Assembly (NCBI GenBank): GCA_002269645.1
Contig: NIVC01001486.1
Span: 248,001 to 312,000, forward strand
DNA from: Macrostomum lignano
Lineage: Eukaryota
Direction of reading: 5' to 3'
DNA: 64,000 nucleotides
Below, piece after piece: positions 56,930 through 64,000 of this stretch. The notes below the pieces were generated by a model. That model did not search any database, was not told where the DNA came from, and worked only from the letters and a program-made list of their open reading frames with translations. Position 1 is the first letter of the stretch, and every line of letters starts with the position of its first letter. Both the position numbers and the translations under genes were made by a program.

Positions 56930-58884
56930 TTTCCTAGAAGGAAAAGCGTGTTAAAGCGCATTTTGGGTTCTCACGCTCACGCTTTTATATTCCGAAGCAA
57001 TGTCGTTAATTGGACATGGATGGCCAATAGAAGCTTTCTGCTGATATTTGGTTCTATTGTTGACAATGCTTTGTTCCCATCTGGATCCGTGATCCATTGG
57101 AATGGGAAAGGCTCTGGGATTCGTTGCCATAGTGATGCAATTCCGCAATAAAGAAATCAATTACTGGGTGCCCGAGAGGCTTGGTAAACAGTGCTGAATT
57201 AGAGGGTCCATGGCAGCAATCAAGCATACTCCTATATTAACAGCACAATTAATTAATGGCATGCGTGTGGTTTCAGAACAAAAGCCATATGAACAGAAAA
57301 AGCTAGAACCTGAACGCCATTAAAGGCAGTAAACAAGAATCGCATCAGACTACTGGCATCAGATTTTTATAGTCTACTGAATACAAAAGAATTTATTGTC
57401 CCTATTTCTGATTAAACTGTTCTCGAATAAATTTCAGCACCACTTTTTCCATTTTTCTACCGAGAAAAGTAGTCTAAACTGTATCTAAATTATATTTTTG
57501 TAGATATGCCTGCGTTACAAAGATGTCGTCAGAAAGTGACTTAAAACTACGTATCGTGCAGATTGTTGTCGATTTTTAGGCAGATTTGACGCAAAATACG
57601 CAAATTATACTACTATTTGAAAATGAAGTAAGTAGTATATGAAAACGCTATCCTAAGCGGGATATACATGGCAATATGTAGTCGTATATGTACATTAATC
57701 CCATGTACTGCATTAATCCCTATCTATCTCAAATTGTATATGTACATGTCTACTTCTATGTCTATCCCAATTCTACATGTACATTGTCAACTTGTACAGT
57801 GCATACTTCTATATGTACACTTGCGCATTAATCTACTTCTATGACAATTTCTATATGTACAGTGTATACATTAATCCCCAATCTTACACGACAGCCCCTG
57901 CTCTGCGTATTTGAATCGCCAACCCCCCAAGATTATATGTACAATTCCAACTCGAAACACTAATTGTTACGTGTACAGCGCAGTATATGCAGAGGTGGGT
58001 CGGTGCGCGCGCGACAGCTGTACAATCCGTTGCATGCGCGGAATATTTACAAAAACGATACATCCAAATATACTAAATCTCCATTCTATACTATTTTCTG
58101 TGTTACAACCTATATATATTGGAATCACTATGCATATCGACCTCTAAAAGTAAGAATCATGGATGCACGGCACGCGATTTCTCTCTCTGAGACATATTTC
58201 CTTACACTTGAAATTGTACAATAACCTATAATACATTGCCTTTATATTGAGTATGGGCCTGTACAAATCAAGAGATTAAATCAAGCCTGTACAAATCATA
58301 TAGAGTTTGGGCCTGTACATGTTGAATCACACTTCAACTCTGCCCATATTCAAAATCAACCCCAAGACTGTTCAAAAACAGCCACCCTCCAATGGTCAAC
58401 AGATTCGTCTTCACAGTGCAGGCCCATATAGCAAATCGAATAGAACCACTCGTCCCTGTTCTCCGACCTCCCTATTACTAACTGTCAAGGAATTCCGCCC
58501 ATTTTCAGTGTACAGACAGATCTATCCACAGCACAGACCCTATATTAAACATTATTCAGCAAAACCCTCTTCTCCGATTACGTCATCCATGCCGCCCCCA
58601 GTTAGCAAGAAACCAACTGTTAATGCACATATGAACACCGCAAATCCGTGTCCACCAACCTCTACCTGCATTGACATAATACCCTGCTTTTGTCAATGTA
58701 CACAATCTATGAATCAGTGTCTCCACCGCAATGCAATTCTGATATACTTGATTCTAACACATTTGCATAGTGTCTCTTACCCTTGCGTTATACTAGAAGT
58801 ATGCAATTCTACCTCTCCGCCACGCCTCTCCTGCCCTTATTTACTTCAAGCTTTCAGACTTGGTCCTGAGATGGTTTAATCTGT

Positions 58885-59880
58885 TCGAAGCAGGAATGAA
58901 TCATGCACTGACCTCTCCATATACAAAGTCAAGTTGGAATTTCAAAGAAGAAATTTGGTTATTTTGAAAGTTAAATGACTAGAAATGCGCATTTTTCATA
59001 AGAAAAATACAATTTTTCACAGTTTTTAACGATTTTAACGTTAAAATGTAGACTTTATTGACCAAAAGCAGTAGTTTCATCACTAGAAACGATACTTTCA
59101 ACAGCTAATTTGTCCAAATGTCGTTTTCAACTTGACCTTAGACAGATTTGAAGCAAGAATGAATCCCACACAAACATCCACAAGCCAGCCCAGAATCAAC
59201 CAAAGACATGGCTAGAAATGAGCATTTTTTTATAAGAAAATACAAATTTTTCACAGTTTTTACGCATTTTTTACGTTAAAATGCAGACTTTATTGATCAA
59301 AATCAGTAATTCATCACTAAAAACCACAATTTTAGCACAAAATTATCACAAATGCTACTTCTGGCCACTCTGGGACAGCTTTGAGCAGGAATTATAATCG
59401 CACACGGATTACCCGAGCCAGTCCAATTTCCACTAAAGCCATGGTTTTTTTAAAGCTAATTCATAGAATTTCTCATTCTTTCGTTTAATAAAGGCCAATT
59501 TTCACAGTTTTATTATTTTCTAACGTTAAAATGCGAAATGCGAAATTATCAAACTTAGTAGTTTCATCCCAAAGGCCATAATTTCAACCGCTAATTTGTC
59601 CAAATGCTGATTTCAAAGTTGGCAAGAGACAGCTTTCGAGCAGGAATGAGTCACACACTGATCTCCATATGCACACCCCTGCCCAAGTTGGAATTCCACC
59701 CAAGACATTTTCATTGAAAGCTAAATTACTAGAAATTGCACATTTTCGTTTCAAAAAAGGTCAATTTTCACAGTTTTTACTCTTTTTAACGTTAAAATGC
59801 GGACTTTATTGAACAAAATTAATCACTTCATCAGCAGAAACCATAATTTTTACAACTTAATCATCACAAATGCTGCTTCA
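58885..59880. repeat. Diverged tandem repeat, about 4 units of ~230-265 bp
   Basis: agcaggaat, ctagaaat, ttttcacagttttta and acgttaaaatg each recur four times at ~230-265 bp spacing. Confidence 0.75.
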
Positions 59881-60444
59881 TCATTCAAATAGGCATGTAT
59901 ATTGCCCAAGAAGAAGCTGGGGAAGTATTCTATAGACACAGTAAAATTGGCGCTAAAAACACAGTCTGCTATTATACAGAATGATTTCAGTATCGATTGC
60001 TAAATCATGCCATTGATGCTATTTTAAACGTTATTCTCAGTTCTGAAGCTCCCAACAGCCTCTTTTAGATGCACTGAATCTGTGTTGTTGCACACACTAC
60101 ATTTTGAATCACCCTTCAATTCAACGATTCCCCACAATACATTCTAGCCATATTCCAAATTCAACCCAGGAGAATAATAATGTCGCAAATATGGAGAGAA
60201 CAACACCTACCCCAGCCTCACCAAGGCAATTCTTTACTACCGCGTAAATGCCATAACTGACTCTCTGCTCAGATCCAATAAAATGCCGCATGGAAAAGGA
60301 ATTGGCGGGGTATTTTTGACCCCCAACTTTCTATATCAAATGCGGAACCGAGAGTACAATCGTACACTAATCTAGAAAATATAGACCCGGGAAGAAAATC
60401 ACGCACACTTCTCGTGCCCCTACCCCATCCTCCCTCTCGCGGGG

Positions 60445-60452
60445 TATATAAA
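60445..60452 (+). promoter_or_regulatory. TATA box (TATATAAA) of a plus-strand gene
   Basis: GGGTATATAAAGCGGG, immediately upstream of a CAG-rich, exon-like region. Confidence 0.55.
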
Positions 60453-60670
60453 GCGGGTGAGAGCTGCTGCAGCCGCATCAGCAAAAGCAGCCAGCAGCAG
60501 CAGAAGCCACAACAGCAGAATCAACTGCTTCAACAGCATCAGCCTGCAACAGCGGCGACACAGCAGCAGCATCAGCACAGCAGCAGCAGCAACAAAAGCA
60601 ACAACAGCAGCGCCAACTGCCTCAACAACATCACCAGCAGCATCAACAACCATCTACCTTCCCCATCGAA

Positions 60671-60830
60671 ATGGCATCGAAGCGCTCTGCCGCGGAAGCG
60701 GCTATTTCAGCCTTGTGGGGGCATGCCGGCCCATCCAGGCAGCAGCAGCAACCACAGCAGCAGCAGCAGCAACCACAGCAGCAGCAGCATCAGCATCAGC
60801 CTCCGGCCGCAAAGAGGGGGCGACAGCTAG
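60671..60830 (+). CDS. Probable first coding exon of a poly-glutamine protein, product unknown
   Basis: GAAATGG start context. Reads MASKRSAAEAAISALWGHAGPSRQQQQPQQQQQQPQQQQHQHQPPAAKRGRQL, then a consensus donor AG|GTGAGT at 60830/60831 (phase 1). Confidence 0.5.
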
Positions 60831-61395
60831 GTGAGTCTTGTTGCAAGTCTCTGTGTGTAAAACTATGCTTTTAATCTTTAGCATTTGCGAAATCTAAATT
60901 CAGAAAAATAGGGCTGTATAACTGCTTTTCAGCTTTAGCATTTGTGTGATTTGCAAACTTCACGCTTGTTGAAATATGGGCTTTCTTTGAAACCACAGCT
61001 TTCCATCTTTAACATTCGTTTTGGCTTAAAATTTCTGAAGTCAGGCCGTCCTCCTGCCATAGATATCACATTGAAGTAAAAGGGAAGAAACTGCTTTTGC
61101 TTTAGATTTATTTGGATTTCTCAATTCAGGCCTATTGAAATAACAGAGTTTCGGAGAATATCCGCAACAGCAGTATAGTTGGATAATACCTGTAGAGGAT
61201 AGTCATAAAATTCCAGGGGCAGTATATGACTCATCCTTGAACTAGAGAGAGAAGAAGCAAAAAACAGCAATCCTGCGGCGCGAACGTGACTCAGCGGGCA
61301 TGCAGGCTTTCTGGCAGTGATAAAATCAACCCCCGATTTTTTGGGCTCGGGGTGATGTATGATGTAATCACCGCTGCAAGCCTTAAGAGCCTTAA

Positions 61396-64000
61396 GAGCC
61401 TTAAGTTCACATGAAATCCACATTTATCCCCTTTCTCCCCACAGAGATCCCCAAACGCTAAAGTGGTCGGGTTTTCGGCATAACGGGAGCCATTTGGCTC
61501 CAAATGAAGGGATTGGCGTAGAGAAATCGGGACCCAATGCTTCAGGCTCCATTCTAGAGCCTTAAGTTCACATGAAATCCACATTTATCCCCTTTCTCCC
61601 CACAGAGATCCCCAAACGCTAAAGTGGTCGGGTTTTCGGCATAACGGGAGCCATTTGGCTCCAAATGAAGGGATTGGCGTAGAGAAATCGGGACCCAATG
61701 CTTCAGGCTCCATTCTAGAGCCTTAAGTTCACATGAAATCCACATTTATCCCCTTTCTCCCCACAGAGATCCCCAAACGCTAAAGTGGTCGGGTTTTCGG
61801 CATAACGGGAGCCATTTGGCTCCAAATGAAGGGATTGGCGTAGAGAAATCGGGACCCAATGCTTCAGGCTCCATTCTAGAGCCTTAAGTTCACATGAAAT
61901 CCCATTTATCCCCTTTCTCCCACAGAGATCCCCAAACGCTAAAGTGGTCGGGTTTTCGGCATAACGGGAGCCATTTGGCTCCAAATGAAGGGATTGGCGT
62001 AGAGAAATCGGGACCCAATGCTTCAGGCTCCATTCTAGAGCCTTAAGTTCACATGAAATCCACATTTATCCCCTTTCTCCCCACAGAGATCCCCAAACGC
62101 TAAAGTGGTCGGGTTTTCGGCATAACGGGAGCCATTTGGCTCCAAATGAAGGGATTGGCGTAGAGAAATCGGGACCCAATGCTTCAGGCTCCATTCTAGA
62201 GCCTTAAGTTCACATGAAATCCACATTTATCCCCTTTCTCCCCACAGAGATCCCCAAACGCTAAAGTGGTCGGGTTTTCGGCATAACGGGAGCCATTTGG
62301 CTCCAAATGAAGGGATTGGCGTAGAGAAATCGGGACCCAATGCTTCAGGCTCCATTCTAGAGCCTTAAGTTCACATGAAATCCACATTTATCCCCTTTCT
62401 CCCCACAGAGATCCCCAAACGCTAAAGTGGTCGGGTTTTCGGCATAACGGGAGCCATTTGGCTCCAAATGAAGGGATTGGCGTAGAGAAATCGGGACCCA
62501 ATGCTTCAGGCTCCATTCTAGAGCCTTAAGTTCACATGAAATCCACATTTATCCCCTTTCTCCCCACAGAGATCCCCAAACGCTAAAGTGGTCGGGTTTT
62601 CGGCATAACGGGAGCCATTTGGCTCCAAATGAAGGGATTGGCGTAGAGAAATCGGGACCCAATGCTTCAGGCTCCATTCTAGAGCCTTAAGTTCACATGA
62701 AATCCACATTTATCCCCTTTCTCCCCACAGAGATCCCCAAACGCTAAAGTGGTCGGGTTTTCGGCATAACGGGAGCCATTTGGCTCCAAATGAAGGGATT
62801 GGCGTAGAGAAATCGGGACCCAATGCTTCAGGCTCCATTCTAGAGCCTTAAGTTCACATGAAATCCACATTTATCCCCTTTCTCCCCACAGAGATCCCCA
62901 AACGCTAAAGTGGTCGGGTTTTCGGCATAACGGGAGCCATTTGGCTCCAAATGAAGGGATTGGCGTAGAGAAATCGGGACCCAATGCTTCAGGCTCCATT
63001 CTAGAGCCTTAAGTTCACATGAAATCCACATTTATCCCCTTTCTCCCCACAGAGATCCCCAAACGCTAAAGTGGTCGGGTTTTCGGCATAACGGGAGCCA
63101 TTTGGCTCCAAATGAAGGGATTGGCGTAGAGAAATCGGGACCCAATGCTTCAGGCTCCATTCTAGAGCCTTAAGTTCACATGAAATCCCATTTATCCCCT
63201 TTCTCCCCACAGAGATCCCCAAACGCTAAAGTGGTCGGGTTTTCGGCATAACGGGAGCCATTTGGCTCCAAATGAAGGGATTGGCGTAGAGAAATCGGGA
63301 CCCAATGCTTCAGGCTCCATTCTAGAGCCTTAAGTTCACATGAAATCCACATTTATCCCCTTTCTCCCCACAGAGATCCCCAAACGCTAAAGTGGTCGGG
63401 TTTTCGGCATAACGGGAGCCATTTGGCTCCAAATGAAGGGATTGGCGTAGAGAAATCGGGACCCAATGCTTCAGGCTCCATTCTAGAGCCTTAAGTTCAC
63501 ATGAAATCCACATTTATCCCCTTTCTCCCCACAGAGATCCCCAAACGCTAAAGTGGTCGGGTTTTCGGCATAACGGGAGCCATTTGGCTCCAAATGAAGG
63601 GATTGGCGTAGAGAAATCGGGACCCAATGCTTCAGGCTCCATTCTAGAGCCTTAAGTTCACATGAAATCCACATTTATCCCCTTTCTCCCCACAGAGATC
63701 CCCAAACGCTAAAGTGGTCGGGTTTTCGGCATAACGGGAGCCATTTGGCTCCAAATGAAGGGATTGGCGTAGAGAAATCGGGACCCAATGCTTCAGGCTC
63801 CATTCTAGAGCCTTAAGTTCACATGAAATCCACATTTATCCCCTTTCTCCCCACAGAGATCCCCAAACGCTAAAGTGGTCGGGTTTTCGGCATAACGGGA
63901 GCCATTTGGCTCCAAATGAAGGGATTGGCGTAGAGAAATCGGGACCCAATGCTTCAGGCTCCATTCTAGAGCCTTAAGTTCACATGAAATCCCATTTATC
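61396..64000. repeat. 161-bp satellite, about 16 near-identical units, continuing past the window end
   Basis: Unit TTCACATGAAATCCACATTTATCCCC..TCTAGAGCCTTAAG repeats at 161-bp spacing. A few units are 1-2 bp shorter. The left junction has a triplicated 9-mer (GAGCCTTAA). Confidence 0.98.

Noticed and set aside
61121-63835. Repeated 63-aa ORF MWISCELKALEWSLK.. as a tandem gene array
   Set aside because: It arises from the 161-bp period, starts at a GTG, and has no promoter or poly(A) context or known domain.
61396-64000. 5S rRNA, SL RNA or snRNA tandem array
   Set aside because: I see no recognisable 5S internal promoter boxes, Sm site with SL structure, or snRNA sequence in the unit; an Rfam scan would settle it.

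Overview
Repeat-rich metazoan genomic DNA with spliceosomal GT-AG introns. A flatworm such as Macrostomum is plausible, but that is an inference. (1) The window opens with the last exon of a thioredoxin reductase / thioredoxin-glutathione reductase. It ends in Gly-Cys-TGA(Sec)-Gly-stop and has a well-formed SECIS about 630 nt downstream; the ORF track missed both. (2) From about 1.8 to 57 kb there is a tandem array of 11 minus-strand paralogues (labelled here WP1-WP11) of a two-exon gene for a small secreted protein of about 210-216 aa. Exon 1 encodes a signal peptide plus a WSC domain with a family-specific variable insert. After a phase-1 intron, exon 2 encodes a 4-Cys PAN/Apple-like domain. 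Seven copies are intact, two are frameshifted (possibly long-read indel errors) and two are true pseudogenes. There are also two inverted WSC fragments and two orphan exon-2 remnants. Exon 1 is strongly diversified while exon 2 is nearly homogenised, a variable/constant design and the best candidate for an undescribed system here. (3) The spacers hold duplicated blocks, a Crypton-like tyrosine-recombinase remnant beside four hairpins, a foldback-like element, a Penelope-like element with a degenerate hammerhead, a Tc1 derivative, a tRNA-SINE, a possible solo LTR, many minisatellites and a 3.6 kb 23-bp satellite with higher-order structure. (4) At the right end are a TATA-driven poly-Q first exon and a near-identical 161-bp satellite that runs off the window. 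All alignments and folds were done by eye; no database searches were run.
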